Positions 10,318 through 20,189 of a DNA stretch of 39,188 nucleotides are shown here, one piece after another. This DNA is from Deltaproteobacteria bacterium (lineage in GTDB: Bacteria; JACQOV01). A model generated the notes under the pieces. The model was not told the DNA's origin. It searched no databases and saw nothing but the letters and a program-made list of their open reading frames with translations. The position numbers and the translations under genes were made by a program. How positions within the stretch are numbered: the stretch's first letter is position 1; each line of letters begins with the position of its first letter. The DNA is taken from contig JACQOV010000100.1 in the NCBI GenBank assembly GCA_016202395.1, positions 1 to 39,188 of the forward strand. Direction: 5' to 3'.

Positions 10318-10971
10318 ATGGATATCGTGTTGCTGGGTCCCCCAGGAGCGGGAAAAGGAACGCAGGCGAGGCGACTCTCTCAAACATTAAAAATCCCGCA
10401 TGTGTCGACAGGGGATATTTTGAGGGAGGCGATTGGTGACGGCAAAAGTCCTTTAGGTCGAGAGGCCCAGGAGTATATCCGTCGAGGGGAGCTCGTTCCA
10501 GATGGGGTGATGGTCGATTTGGTGGAGGAACGGTTGCGGCGGAAGGATGCAGCCCAGGGGGTGATCCTGGATGGCTTTCCTCGAACCCAAGCGCAAGCAG
10601 AGGCCCTCTCGACCCTGTTGAAAAGACAGGGGAGATCTGTAGAGCACGTTCTTCTGTTGGATGTGGATGTTGAGGAGTTGACTCAAAGGTTATCGGGACG
10701 TCGGGTTTGTAAGGGATGCGGAGCCGTTTATCATGTGAATTTCAACCCGACGAAGGAAAGTGGAAAATGTGATCGTTGCGGGGCGGCGTTAATTCAAAGA
10801 GAGGATGATCGCGAAGAGGTTGTTCGGGAAAGGCTCAAAGTCTATGAGAGGCAAACGCAACCGCTGATTCAGTTTTATAAAGAGCGGTCCGTTCTTCACC
10901 CTATCCAAGGTCAAGGGACCGTGGAGGAGATTTTTGATCGACTCTTGAAGATTGTGGGACGGCCTCACTGA
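10318..10971 (+). CDS. adk: Adenylate kinase with zinc LID
   Basis: GPPGAGKGTQA, LDGFPRT, CKGC...CDRC, QREDD. Confidence 0.97.
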   Translation: MDIVLLGPPGAGKGTQARRLSQTLKIPHVSTGDILREAIGDGKSPLGREAQEYIRRGELVPDGVMVDLVEERLRRKDAAQGVILDGFPRTQAQAEALSTLLKRQGRSVEHVLLLDVDVEELTQRLSGRRVCKGCGAVYHVNFNPTKESGKCDRCGAALIQREDDREEVVRERLKVYERQTQPLIQFYKERSVLHPIQGQGTVEEIFDRLLKIVGRPH

Positions 10972-11720
10972 TGGTCATCCTCAAAACGCCTCAGGAGATT
11001 GAGAGAATTCGGGTTGCATGCAAAGCGGTGGCCGAGGTTTTGCGGGAGCTTCAAGAGGAGATTCGACCGGGTGTTCGAACCCTGGATCTGGATCGAAAAG
11101 CGGAGAAGCAGCTTCGACAGAAGGGGATGAAGCCCGCTTTCTTGGGGTATCGGGGCTATCCCCGGACACTCTGCGCTTCTGTCAATGAGGAAGTGGTTCA
11201 TGGCATTCCGTCGAAGAGAGAGCTTCGAGAGGGGGACATTGTCGGATTGGATCTCGGAGCGATTTGTGAAGGTTATTATGGGGATGCGGCGGTGACGGTT
11301 TCGGTGGGAAAGGTGAGTGAGCGAGCCCAACGATTGATGAAGATAACGGAGGAGTCTCTTTATAAAGGGATTGAAAAAGCGGTGGTTGGGGGGAGACTTT
11401 CCGATATCTCGGCAGCGGTCCAGAAGCATGTGGAGGAACAGGGATACTCCGTTGTTCGAGATTTTGTAGGGCATGGGATTGGTCGATCTTTGCATGAAGA
11501 TCCTCAGATTCCCAATCATGGCGTTCCTGGAAAAGGGATTCGGTTGGAGGTGGGATTGGTTTTGGCCATCGAGCCGATGATCAATGAAGGGACCCATGAG
11601 GTGGAGATTTTAGAGGATGGGTGGACGGCGGTTACGAGAGACCGGAAGCTTTCGGCTCATTACGAACATACGATCGCCATTGCCAATGAGGGGCCAATTA
11701 TTTTGTCGAGGTTAGATTAA
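10971..11720 (+). CDS. map: Type I methionine aminopeptidase
   Basis: [37 protein letters not shown]. Confidence 0.97.
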   Translation: MVILKTPQEIERIRVACKAVAEVLRELQEEIRPGVRTLDLDRKAEKQLRQKGMKPAFLGYRGYPRTLCASVNEEVVHGIPSKRELREGDIVGLDLGAICEGYYGDAAVTVSVGKVSERAQRLMKITEESLYKGIEKAVVGGRLSDISAAVQKHVEEQGYSVVRDFVGHGIGRSLHEDPQIPNHGVPGKGIRLEVGLVLAIEPMINEGTHEVEILEDGWTAVTRDRKLSAHYEHTIAIANEGPIILSRLD

Positions 11721-11731
11721 GAAAGGGGTTC

Positions 11732-11950
11732 ATGCCGAAGGAAGAATCGATTGTTGTAGAAGGGACTGTCATAGAGCCGTTGCCTAATGCTATGTTTCGG
11801 GTACAGTTGGAAAATGGCCACAAGGTTTTAGCTCATATTTCAGGGAAGATGCGGATGCATTATATTCGAATACTTCCGGGGGACAAAGTAACAATGGAGC
11901 TGTCTCCCTACGATCTCACACGAGGTCGGATTACTTTTAGAGCCAAGTGA
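11732..11950 (+). CDS. infA: Translation initiation factor IF-1
   Basis: [28 protein letters not shown]. Confidence 0.98.
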   Translation: MPKEESIVVEGTVIEPLPNAMFRVQLENGHKVLAHISGKMRMHYIRILPGDKVTMELSPYDLTRGRITFRAK

Positions 11951-11953
11951 TAT

Positions 11954-12067
11954 ATGAAAGTAAGATCATCAGTTAAAAAGATCTGTAAAAAGTGCAAAAT
12001 CGTTGTTCGCCGAGGTGTTGTGCGAGTGATCTGTGAGAACTGGAAGCACAAGCAACGCCAAGGGTAG
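11954..12067 (+). CDS. rpmJ: 50S ribosomal protein L36 (zinc-ribbon form; not in the ORF track)
   Basis: Manual translation [37 protein letters not shown]. Confidence 0.96.
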   Translation: MKVRSSVKKICKKCKIVVRRGVVRVICENWKHKQRQG

Positions 12068-12079
12068 AGGAGAGTATCG

Positions 12080-12463
12080 ATGGCAAGAATTGCAGGGGTC
12101 GATTTACCCAAGAATAAACGGATTGACATCGCTTTAACCTATATTTATGGGATTGGGAGGCCTCTGGCCCAAAAGATTTTAAAAGATGCCCAAGTGGACA
12201 GTAGCATTCGGACGGATAAGCTCACGGAAGATCAGACCGCCGCCATTCGAAAAGTGATCGAAGGGGCTTGCAAGGTGGAAGGAGATCTTCGTCGTGAAGT
12301 AACGATGAATATCAAACGGTTGATGGACATCGGTTGTTACAAGGGGTTGCGTCATCGAAAAGGGTTGCCGGTTCGGGGGCAGAGAACTCATACCAACGCA
12401 CGGACTCGGAAAGGAAAGAGGAAACCGATCGCCGGCAAAAAGAAGGCCCCAACATCGAAATAA
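12080..12463 (+). CDS. rpsM: 30S ribosomal protein S13
   Basis: [34 protein letters not shown]. Confidence 0.98.
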   Translation: MARIAGVDLPKNKRIDIALTYIYGIGRPLAQKILKDAQVDSSIRTDKLTEDQTAAIRKVIEGACKVEGDLRREVTMNIKRLMDIGCYKGLRHRKGLPVRGQRTHTNARTRKGKRKPIAGKKKAPTSK

Positions 12464-12475
12464 GGAGTCAATGTT

Positions 12476-12904
12476 ATGGCAGAAGAAACAGTAGCAGCGG
12501 CGGTTCCCGCACCGGCGGCCACCGCTAAAAAAAGGAAGAAAAAAGGGGTTAAGAGGAACGTCCCCAACGGGATCGTTCATGTCCAAGCGAGTTTTAACAA
12601 CACCCTTGTAACTATTACCGACGTTCAGGGGAATGTGGTTTCGTGGTCTAGCGCTGGGAGCTGCGGATTTAAGGGTTCGCGAAAAGGGACCCCTTTTGCC
12701 GCGCAGGTGGCGGCAGAACGAGCAGCCCGGGGCGCATCCGATCATGGAATGAAGTCGGTTGTAATCCATGTGAGTGGTCCAGGGGCGGGTAGAGAAACCG
12801 CCATGAGGGCTTTAAAGGCGGCGGGGTTTAGCATTTCTACGATTCGAGATGTGACCCCAATCCCGCATAATGGCTGTCGTCCGCCCAAACGGCGACGCGT
12901 TTAA
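12476..12904 (+). CDS. rpsK: 30S ribosomal protein S11
   Basis: [38 protein letters not shown]. Confidence 0.98.
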   Translation: MAEETVAAAVPAPAATAKKRKKKGVKRNVPNGIVHVQASFNNTLVTITDVQGNVVSWSSAGSCGFKGSRKGTPFAAQVAAERAARGASDHGMKSVVIHVSGPGAGRETAMRALKAAGFSISTIRDVTPIPHNGCRPPKRRRV

Positions 12905-12916
12905 GGAGGGAAATCG

Positions 12917-13543
12917 TTGGCACGTCAAACAGGATCTGTCTGTAGGTTATGTCGTCGGGAAAAAGTGAAGCTTTTTCTCAAAGGGGCTCGATGCTACACC
13001 GACAAGTGTGCGATTGAGCGGAGGGAGTATGCGCCTGGCCAGCATGGGCAGGTTCACCCCAAACTTTCGGATTATGGGTTGCAACTGCGTGAAAAGCAGA
13101 AGGTGCGTCGGCTTTATTCTGTTCTTGAGCGCCAATTCGAGCGGTACTTTCGGATCGCGAGCCGCAGAAAAGGGATCACGGGAGAATATCTCCTGCAGCT
13201 TTTGGAACGCAGGCTCGATAATTCCGTCTATCGCTTGGGGTTTGCGGACTCTCGAGCCCAGGCCCGTCAGATGGTTTTGCACGGCCATATTTCAGTGAAT
13301 GGGAAGAGGAACAGCGTCCCTTCGACGTTGGTCAAAACGGGGGATGTGTTGGAGATTCGACCGAAGAGTCGGGAGCAACAGAGGATCCTGGAATCTCTCA
13401 AGCAGGTGGAACAGAGGGGAATTCCCGCGTGGTTGGAACTGGACGGTCCTAATTTCAAAGGGGTGGTGAAAACATTGCCAGCTCGGAGCGACGTTACATT
13501 CCCCATTCAAGAACAGCTGGTTGTGGAATTGTATTCAAAGTAA
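12917..13543 (+). CDS. rpsD: 30S ribosomal protein S4 (Cys-containing form)
   Basis: TTG start after AAGGAGG; CRLCRRE, QLREKQK, LERRLDN, VVELYSK. Confidence 0.97.
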   Translation: MARQTGSVCRLCRREKVKLFLKGARCYTDKCAIERREYAPGQHGQVHPKLSDYGLQLREKQKVRRLYSVLERQFERYFRIASRRKGITGEYLLQLLERRLDNSVYRLGFADSRAQARQMVLHGHISVNGKRNSVPSTLVKTGDVLEIRPKSREQQRILESLKQVEQRGIPAWLELDGPNFKGVVKTLPARSDVTFPIQEQLVVELYSK

Positions 13544-13562
13544 CGGACAGAAAAATGATATT

Positions 13563-13688
13563 CAACAAACGCAAGAAATGACGTTAGGCAAGGCGCTCGA
13601 CCGAGGCCGAATGAGGCGTACTTACGGTACGCCGCAATGAGTGTCGAGGGAGAGCAACGAAGCATAACGGCATTTATTGCGTTTGTTG
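13563..13688. repeat. Long imperfect palindromic (MITE/RPE-like) element in the rpsD-rpoA spacer
   Basis: 12-bp terminal inverted repeat CAACAAACGCAA / TTGCGTTTGTTG, continuing AAATG/CATTT and CGTTA/TAACG; apical GGCGTAC-ttacg-GTACGCC. Confidence 0.85.
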
Positions 13689-13704
13689 CAGGAGGGAAAA
13701 ATAC

Positions 13705-14775
13705 ATGGAGGCAATCATAGCCCGTAATTGGAGAGACTTAATTCAACCGAATCAGGTTCAGAGTGACGTGGAGACGGAGACCCCTTCTTACGGCAAGTTC
13801 GTCATTGAGCCCTTGGAAAGAGGTTATGGAGTTACCTTAGGGAATGCGCTACGGCGAGTTCTGTTATCCTCGATCCAGGGGGCGGCCATTACCGCGGTGC
13901 GCATCAACGGGGTTTTGCATGAATTTTCGACCATCCCTGGGGTCGTAGAGGATGTGACCGATATCATTTTAAACCTGAAAGAGGTTCGGGTGAGAATGGA
14001 TGTGGAGGGGCCCAAGGACCTCCGTCTTTCCATCCGCGGAGCTCAAGTGGTTCGAGCTGGGGATATTGAAACTCCAGAGGGGATCCGCATATTGAATCCA
14101 GAGCATCCGATCGCTACTTTGAATCAAGAAGGGAAACTGGAGATGGAGGTCCGGGTGAATACGGGGAGGGGGTTTGTTGCCGCAGAAAGAAATAAAGAAC
14201 AGGAGATGCCCGTTGACATGATACTGCTGGATGCTAACTTTTCTCCGATTCGTCGGGTGAACTATGCCGTCACTCATGCTCGTGTGGGTCAGATCACGGA
14301 TTATGATAAATTGGTCTTTGAGATTTGGACCGATGCTACGGGCAATGTGACCCCACGCAATGCTTTAGCTTATGCCGCTAAGATTTTGAAAGAACAACTC
14401 ACGGTCTTTATTGACTTTGATGAACAGTCGGAGCGCTCTTTTAATCCTTCTTCGGAGGAAGGGGGAGATCTCAACGAGCATCTCTTGAGGAGCATTGAGG
14501 AGCTGGATCTTTCTGTTCGCTCCTACAATTGTTTAAAGAACGTGGGTGTTAAAAGTTTGGCCGATCTCGTTCAGAGGACCGAGTCCGAGATGCTTCGAAC
14601 CAAGAATTTTGGTCGAAAGTCTCTCAATGAAATCAAGGAAATCCTTTCGGGGATGGGGCTTTCTTTAGGAATGAAATTGGGGGAAAAATTTTTGGGGCAG
14701 ACCCAGATTCCATCGGAAGAGACTTTAGCTTTAGGAGAATTAAAAGAGGACGAGGACGAACATGAGGCATCGTAA
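13705..14775 (+). CDS. rpoA: RNA polymerase alpha subunit
   Basis: [41 protein letters not shown]. Confidence 0.98.
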   Translation: MEAIIARNWRDLIQPNQVQSDVETETPSYGKFVIEPLERGYGVTLGNALRRVLLSSIQGAAITAVRINGVLHEFSTIPGVVEDVTDIILNLKEVRVRMDVEGPKDLRLSIRGAQVVRAGDIETPEGIRILNPEHPIATLNQEGKLEMEVRVNTGRGFVAAERNKEQEMPVDMILLDANFSPIRRVNYAVTHARVGQITDYDKLVFEIWTDATGNVTPRNALAYAAKILKEQLTVFIDFDEQSERSFNPSSEEGGDLNEHLLRSIEELDLSVRSYNCLKNVGVKSLADLVQRTESEMLRTKNFGRKSLNEIKEILSGMGLSLGMKLGEKFLGQTQIPSEETLALGELKEDEDEHEAS

Positions 14776-15211
14776 ACAGGGTCGAAAATTAAAACGACCC
14801 ACCGCACATCGGATGGCTCTATTGCGCAATCTAGCGACCTCTCTAATCCTCCATGAGAGGATTCAGACGACACTAGCCAAGGCGAAGGAAGTGCAACGTT
14901 TTGCGGAACCTCTCATTACTTTTGCCAAAAGAGGAGACCTTCATGCTCGGAGATTGGCCGCAGGCCGGCTGTTAAAGCCTGAGGCATTGAAGAAATTGTT
15001 CTCGGAAATTGGCGCTCGGTATCAAACTCGCAATGGCGGATATACTCGCATTTATCGACTCGAACGGCGACGAGGGGATGGGGCCCCGCTAGCCTTGCTC
15101 GAGTTGGTGGTTCGGCAAATACCCGAAGAGGAAAAGGGAGAAGGAAAATCCCCTAAGAGTTCCGAGAAGAAAAAGGGGAATGTGAAGCCAACCCTGAAGA
15201 ATGCCAAATAA
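14762..15211 (+). CDS. rplQ: 50S ribosomal protein L17
   Basis: [27 protein letters not shown]. Confidence 0.97.
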   Translation: MRHRKQGRKLKRPTAHRMALLRNLATSLILHERIQTTLAKAKEVQRFAEPLITFAKRGDLHARRLAAGRLLKPEALKKLFSEIGARYQTRNGGYTRIYRLERRRGDGAPLALLELVVRQIPEEEKGEGKSPKSSEKKKGNVKPTLKNAK

Positions 15212-16085
15212 AAGAAAATATCTCTTTGTTGTCGTTGGGATTCTAGTATTAGCGTGGGTTGTTTATCTTTTTTATCGTGAGGGGAGTCGGGAGCCGATTG
15301 AGTTGGGAAAGGTTGCCCCCGATTTTGAGCTCGCCTCTCTTTCAAATCAGACCTATCGCCTTTCGTCCCTCCGTGGAAAAGTCCTGCTCCTCAATTTTTG
15401 GGCAACGTGGTGTGGTCCCTGCAAAGAGGAGATGCCTGCCTTGGAGAGGCTCTATCAGTCTTTGAAAGGGGAAGGTGGATTTGAACTCTTGGCCGTGAGT
15501 GTCGATCGAACCGGTCGAGAGGATGTGGAGCCTTTTGTTCAAGAACAAAAAATTACCTTTCCCGTCCTTTTGGATTCTTTAACGAGAGTTTCTGAACTTT
15601 ATCAGGTCTATAAGCTCCCCGAGACTTTTTTGATTGATGGGGAAGGAAAAATTGTAGAGCATTACCAAGGGCCTCGCGAGTGGGATTCTCCTCTTTATGA
15701 ACAGATGATCCGTCAATTGATAATTCGAGCCAATCCCAGTCGGTTTGGATCTTTGGAGCTAATCCCAAAAGTTTATGCCGCCGAGATTAAAGAGTCTAAT
15801 ATTTTGGAGGAGCCGACCGATAATGAAGGGCATGCCCGGGCTTGGTGGCAAGAAAGGGTTTCTTCTCTTAACACGAAGATTGCGGAGGTCGAGGCCAAGA
15901 CTCGAGAGACCGAGGCAAAAATCCATTCTCTTCCTGCCGATGCCCGTATCCTTGAGGTTCGATCCGAGCAGCAAAAACTTCAAGAACTGCTCCAAAAAAA
16001 GAAAGATCTCCAAAAGCAGCTTGTTGATTTAGAAGAGGAGGCTCGCAGGGCTGGGGCTCCCCCCGGCTGGCTCCGTTTTAAATAG
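15201..16085 (+). CDS. Membrane-anchored TlpA/ResA-like thiol-disulfide oxidoreductase with C-terminal coiled-coil extension
   Basis: N-terminal TM helix; [25 protein letters not shown]; ~115-aa extension ending [16 protein letters not shown]. Confidence 0.85.
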   Translation: MPNKRKYLFVVVGILVLAWVVYLFYREGSREPIELGKVAPDFELASLSNQTYRLSSLRGKVLLLNFWATWCGPCKEEMPALERLYQSLKGEGGFELLAVSVDRTGREDVEPFVQEQKITFPVLLDSLTRVSELYQVYKLPETFLIDGEGKIVEHYQGPREWDSPLYEQMIRQLIIRANPSRFGSLELIPKVYAAEIKESNILEEPTDNEGHARAWWQERVSSLNTKIAEVEAKTRETEAKIHSLPADARILEVRSEQQKLQELLQKKKDLQKQLVDLEEEARRAGAPPGWLRFK

Positions 16086-16110
16086 AACGTGGGTCACGAT
16101 CTGCAAGGAC

Positions 16111-16140
16111 TTGACAAGGGGTAATCCGCCATGTTAGGTT
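16111..16140 (+). promoter_or_regulatory. Putative sigma70 promoter of the fur-apbE operon
   Basis: TTGACA (16111-16116), 18-bp spacer, TGt-TAGGTT extended -10 (16135-16140). Confidence 0.6.
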
Positions 16141-16154
16141 GAAATTGAATTTCA
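16140..16154. promoter_or_regulatory. Fur-family operator (perfect 7-1-7 inverted repeat)
   Basis: TGAAATT-G-AATTTCA over the predicted start site, immediately upstream of the fur gene. Confidence 0.7.
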
Positions 16155-16168
16155 CTGTATGGAGCTGT

Positions 16169-16654
16169 ATGGAAAAGGAACTGAAATTTTTTCCGACGTG
16201 GACCGCCGGGCGTAAAGGCTATGCTGAGAGGATTCGGCAAGTCTATAACGAGTATCTCTATTCCAAAGGGCTCAGACCCACCCCGCAGAGGGAATTTATC
16301 CTCAATTATCTCCTGGAGGCTGATCGTCATTTAACTCAGGAAGAGATCTATCAAGCGGTTCGCCACAAGAGAATAGGGAAGGTCACTGTTTTCAGGATGC
16401 TGAAACTTTTAGAAGCCTGTGATCTTGCGGACCAGGTTCATACTTCTACGGGAATCTCTAAATATGAGATCAAAAAGGAGCGTCCTCATCATGATCATCT
16501 GATCTGCATTGAGTGTGGGGATATCCGAGAAGTTCAGTGGCCCGGGGTAGAAAAGATTCAGGAGAAGACTTGCAAGGAGATTGGATTTGTTCCTCTTTGG
16601 CATCGGCACGAGGTTTTTGGTCGTTGCCAAACATGTTCTAATGAGAGGGTCTGA
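16169..16654 (+). CDS. fur: Fur-family transcriptional repressor
   Basis: GLRPTPQR, TVFRMLKLL, HHDHLICIECG, C-terminal CQTC; ATG 16169 after GGAG; Fur versus Zur/PerR subfamily not certain. Confidence 0.88.
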   Translation: MEKELKFFPTWTAGRKGYAERIRQVYNEYLYSKGLRPTPQREFILNYLLEADRHLTQEEIYQAVRHKRIGKVTVFRMLKLLEACDLADQVHTSTGISKYEIKKERPHHDHLICIECGDIREVQWPGVEKIQEKTCKEIGFVPLWHRHEVFGRCQTCSNERV

Positions 16655-16662
16655 GTTTTTTT

Positions 16663-17736
16663 ATGATCTTTATGAAACGTAATTTCAACAGGGGTGTCCA
16701 TTTTCTGCTGAGTGGGATCATTCTTTTGGTGGGCTTGGGCAGGGCCCAAGCTTTGTCTGTGAGCCGCGCTCAATATCTCATGGGAACGATTTGCGAGATC
16801 ACGGTTATAACCGAGCGCATTGGCAAAGCTGAGATGGCGATCTCTAAGGCTTTTCAAGAGATTCTCGATCTGGATAGGATGATGAGTAGTTATCGAAGCG
16901 ATAGTGAGCTTTCTCGGGTCAATGCGCAGGCTGCCACGTCTCCTGTTTCTACCTCTCCAAGGTTATTTGAGGCCCTTTCCTATAGTTCTCATTACGCAAT
17001 ACTCACCCAAAACGCGTTCGATCCCGCGGTCGAACCTTTAATCCAACTTTGGGATTTTCGGGGTGAAGGACGCGTTCCCACAAAGCAAGGGGTTCAAGAG
17101 GCTCTTCAGAAAGTCGGTTTTGAAAAAATAGTTCTTGACGACGATTCCCACACGGTCTTTTTTCGTGAAAATGGAGTTGGAATTGATCTGGGAGGAATCG
17201 GAAAAGGGTATGCTTTAGATCGAGCTGCGCTGTATTTGAAGAAAGAAGGTTTTCCGAATGCGCTCCTTAATTTTGGTGGAGAGATATTGGTTTTAGGCCA
17301 CGGCCCTGAGGGGGAGGATTGGAAAATGGAGGTGGCGGATCCTCAAGATCGAACTCAAGGCGTTGTCTTTTTTTATGCAACGGATGTTGCTATCTCCACT
17401 TCTGGAAATTCGGAGCGGTTTATCGAGGTGGATGGGAAAAGATATGGGCATATTTTGGATCCCCGATCGGGTTATCCTGTGAAATTTAATGGATCTGTTA
17501 CGGTCATCGGTCCCTCCGCCACAGATGCCGACGCATTATCTACGGCCCTTTTTGTGATGGGAGAGAAGGAAGGATTAAAATGGCTTAAAAAGTTTCCTCA
17601 GATTCGGGCGTTCTATTTGGTTCCAGATCGATCCACCGGGGTTCGATTTGCAGGGACTGAGAATTTGTCGAATTTGGGGATTGTGGTCAACTCAGAAAAA
17701 ACAACTCTAACGAAAACAAAGGAGGAGATAAAATGA
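16663..17736 (+). CDS. apbE: FAD:protein FMN transferase (flavin transferase)
   Basis: LMGT, SELSRVN, DLGGIGKGYALD, ISTSGNSE, YGHILDPRSG, DADALSTALFVMG; signal peptide; start could be 16672. Confidence 0.93.
   Translation: MIFMKRNFNRGVHFLLSGIILLVGLGRAQALSVSRAQYLMGTICEITVITERIGKAEMAISKAFQEILDLDRMMSSYRSDSELSRVNAQAATSPVSTSPRLFEALSYSSHYAILTQNAFDPAVEPLIQLWDFRGEGRVPTKQGVQEALQKVGFEKIVLDDDSHTVFFRENGVGIDLGGIGKGYALDRAALYLKKEGFPNALLNFGGEILVLGHGPEGEDWKMEVADPQDRTQGVVFFYATDVAISTSGNSERFIEVDGKRYGHILDPRSGYPVKFNGSVTVIGPSATDADALSTALFVMGEKEGLKWLKKFPQIRAFYLVPDRSTGVRFAGTENLSNLGIVVNSEKTTLTKTKEEIK
16673..16687. promoter_or_regulatory. Possible second Fur-type operator at the apbE start
   Basis: TGAAACGTAATTTCA, 12/15 identical to the 16140 palindrome. 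Confidence 0.4.
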
Positions 17737-19019
17737 AGCGCAGGATTACATTGATCGCTTTTCTGATGTCTTTCGCATTGGCTTGGGCGGAAGAGAAGCA
17801 GGATGGAGAAAAATTAGAGCAGCTGGAACAGAAGGTGGACGTCCTTACTCAGGAGATTGAACGGATCCGCCTGGGTGAGGTCGTCGAGCCGACGTTGGAG
17901 TCGGCCTATGGCTTAGGTCCAGCTGCCTCTAAAGTCTATCATGTGAAAAAAGGGGTGTCTATCGCCGGTTATGGAGAGATGGTTTACAAGAATTTCTCTT
18001 CAGAGCGAGAAGATGGGACCGACTCTGGAGCGACAGACCAGATTGATCTCCTCCGAGCGGTTCTTTACACCGGATACAAATTCACCGATAAGATCCTCTT
18101 GAACTCCGAGATCGAGTTTGAACATGCGGGGGAAGAGGTGAGTGTGGAGTTTGCTTACATCGATTACAATGCTTGGCCTGAGCTCGGGTTTCGGGCCGGT
18201 ATGGTTTTGATTCCGGTGGGACTGATTAACGAACAGCATGAGCCGATTGCGTTTCACGGCGCCAATCGCCCCAATGTGGAGCGGAACATTATTCCGACCA
18301 CTTGGAGAGAGAATGGAGCCGGAGTTTACGGAGAGATAGGTCCCTTTGTCTATCGAACTTATGTCGTTGCCGGGCTGAATGCGGAGAATTTTTCCGCAGG
18401 ATCCGGGCTTCGGAGTGGGCGTCAGAATGGCTCAGAAAGCTCCATCGAGGATGCCGCTTGGACAGCGCGTGTCGATTATGTGGGATTGCCGGGGTTGCTC
18501 GCTGGAGCCTCCACTTTTATTGGAAACTCCGGTCAAGATCCCGATGAAGATTTTGATGCCAAAGTTACCTTGTGGGATCTTCATGCGAAGTATGAATGGC
18601 AAGCTTTAGAGACTCGTGCCCTTTACACTCAAGCGACTATCACAGATGTGGGGGAGATCAATGCAATTCCACGTGAGGACACCGATGACGATGGTGAATT
18701 GGATACAGGCCTGACTGGGAATAAGTCGGTAGGTGAAAAGTTGTATGGCGGCTACCTGGAGACAGCCTACAATGTGTTCAGCCCCCTTGGTTTTAGCCAA
18801 TATTTGGCCCCCTTCTTCCGGTGGGAGCGATACAACACCCAAGAGAACGTCCCTGGCGGTTTTACGGAGAATCCGGCAAACAATCGGACGGAATTCACTT
18901 ACGGCCTGACATATAAGCCGATTGACAATCTGGCGTTGAAATTCGATTATCAGGATATGAATAACAAGGCGGATGCAGGAGTGAATCAGGTGAATCTTGG
19001 GATTGGGTATGTTTTCTAG
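17733..19019 (+). CDS. Outer-membrane beta-barrel (porin-like) protein
   Basis: Signal peptide, short coiled coil, alternating beta strands (NSEIEFEH, VEFAYIDY, LKFDYQ), C-terminal LGIGYVF with terminal Phe. Confidence 0.8.
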   Translation: MKRRITLIAFLMSFALAWAEEKQDGEKLEQLEQKVDVLTQEIERIRLGEVVEPTLESAYGLGPAASKVYHVKKGVSIAGYGEMVYKNFSSEREDGTDSGATDQIDLLRAVLYTGYKFTDKILLNSEIEFEHAGEEVSVEFAYIDYNAWPELGFRAGMVLIPVGLINEQHEPIAFHGANRPNVERNIIPTTWRENGAGVYGEIGPFVYRTYVVAGLNAENFSAGSGLRSGRQNGSESSIEDAAWTARVDYVGLPGLLAGASTFIGNSGQDPDEDFDAKVTLWDLHAKYEWQALETRALYTQATITDVGEINAIPREDTDDDGELDTGLTGNKSVGEKLYGGYLETAYNVFSPLGFSQYLAPFFRWERYNTQENVPGGFTENPANNRTEFTYGLTYKPIDNLALKFDYQDMNNKADAGVNQVNLGIGYVF

Positions 19020-19704
19020 ATTGAGCCTAAACATCTTGACCCAGCGGGTCCTGTCATGGGGCTTCCCCCAGGCGTGCTCCACGGTCCGCCAGCCCGCAGC
19101 AGCTACGCTGCAAGCGTTGCTGGCGGGCGCGCCTGGGGGGCCCCCGCCCCATGCCACCCGCTGGGTCGAGTGGTTCTTTGTATTTATTTTTTCAGTCGTT
19201 TTTGTATCAGATGTGGAGGCGAGGGTTTATTTGACGCAGGAGAAGGCTCTCGAACTTGCCTTTGGAAAAGAAGGAGGCATTGAACGGAAAACGCTTTTTT
19301 TAACGGAGGAGCAAGCAAGCGCTATCGAACAGGCGGCGAAAAGCAGATTAGGGACGCGTGTCGTCACCTACTATGTGGGGATTCAAGAGAAAAAACCGAT
19401 CGGTTATGCCTTCTTTATGACCGACACCGTTCGGACCATGCCAGCCACAATCATGGTGGTGGTCAATCCCGATGCGACAGTTCGATTTGTGGAGATTCTC
19501 GCCTTTTATGAGCCGGAGGATTACAAACCGCATCTCCGTTGGTTAAAGTTGTGGGGGGATAAAAAACTTGAGGAAGATCTTGCGATTCGACGAGACATCC
19601 CCAACCTCTCTGGGGCCACGCTTACCGCCCGGACTATTCAAGACGCGGTCCGGCGTTCTTTAGCGATTTTCCAGATTGCTATCCTGAAGGAGAATAGATC
19701 GTGA
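19009..19704 (+). CDS. Extracytosolic FMN-binding (flavinylation target) protein; signal region interrupted by an in-frame palindrome
   Basis: [S/T]GAT flavinylation motif NLSGATLT; EILAFYEPEDY; adjacent apbE; ATG 19009 overlaps the porin stop. Confidence 0.8.
   Translation: MFSRLSLNILTQRVLSWGFPQACSTVRQPAAATLQALLAGAPGGPPPHATRWVEWFFVFIFSVVFVSDVEARVYLTQEKALELAFGKEGGIERKTLFLTEEQASAIEQAAKSRLGTRVVTYYVGIQEKKPIGYAFFMTDTVRTMPATIMVVVNPDATVRFVEILAFYEPEDYKPHLRWLKLWGDKKLEEDLAIRRDIPNLSGATLTARTIQDAVRRSLAIFQIAILKENRS
19035..19170. repeat. GC-rich long hairpin element inside the 5' end of the FMN-binding protein gene
   Basis: CTTGACCCAGCGGGT / ACCCGCTGGGTCGAG termini (one G-T pair); nested CATGGGG/CCCCATG, CCCCCAGGCG/CGCCTGGGGG, CCGCCAGC/GCTGGCGG, GCAGC-tac-GCTGC. 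Confidence 0.85.
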
Positions 19705-20189
19705 AGTACATGCAGAATGGTAAATTTCAGAATCACCCTCTCATGCGATTGACGCTTCTCTTCACGCTTCTCTTCTTAACGGGGCTTTGGTTGACTCACC
19801 TCTTTCTTTATTTTTCTAAGATGGGTCTCGCTCCTCAATCGGTGGTTGATTACTATCTCGGATTGGAAGCCGAGTATCGCGTCCCCCGAAGCTTCGATTC
19901 CATGTTAGAAGTGACGCACATGCATCTCCCCATGATGGCCGTTGTGATTTTGTTACTCACCCATCTTTTAATCTTCGCCCCTTTTTCATCCCAATTTAAG
20001 ATCTTTTTTATCTCGGTCTCTTTTCTCTCGGCGTTTTTCAATGAAATGTCGGGATGGCTCGTCCGTTTCGTGAGCCCTTATTTTGCCATTCTCAAGGTCG
20101 TCTCTTTCCTTACCTTTCAGGTGTCGCTGGCTTTTCTGATTTTTGCTATGGTTTGGTTTTTAACACGGAGGCCTAACAATGGGGACTAA
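19701..20189 (+). CDS. Small ~4-TM inner-membrane protein with membrane-proximal histidines
   Basis: GTG start after AAGGAG; hydrophobic segments; WLTHLF, EVTHMHLPMM, LLTHLL. Confidence 0.7.
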   Translation: MKYMQNGKFQNHPLMRLTLLFTLLFLTGLWLTHLFLYFSKMGLAPQSVVDYYLGLEAEYRVPRSFDSMLEVTHMHLPMMAVVILLLTHLLIFAPFSSQFKIFFISVSFLSAFFNEMSGWLVRFVSPYFAILKVVSFLTFQVSLAFLIFAMVWFLTRRPNNGD

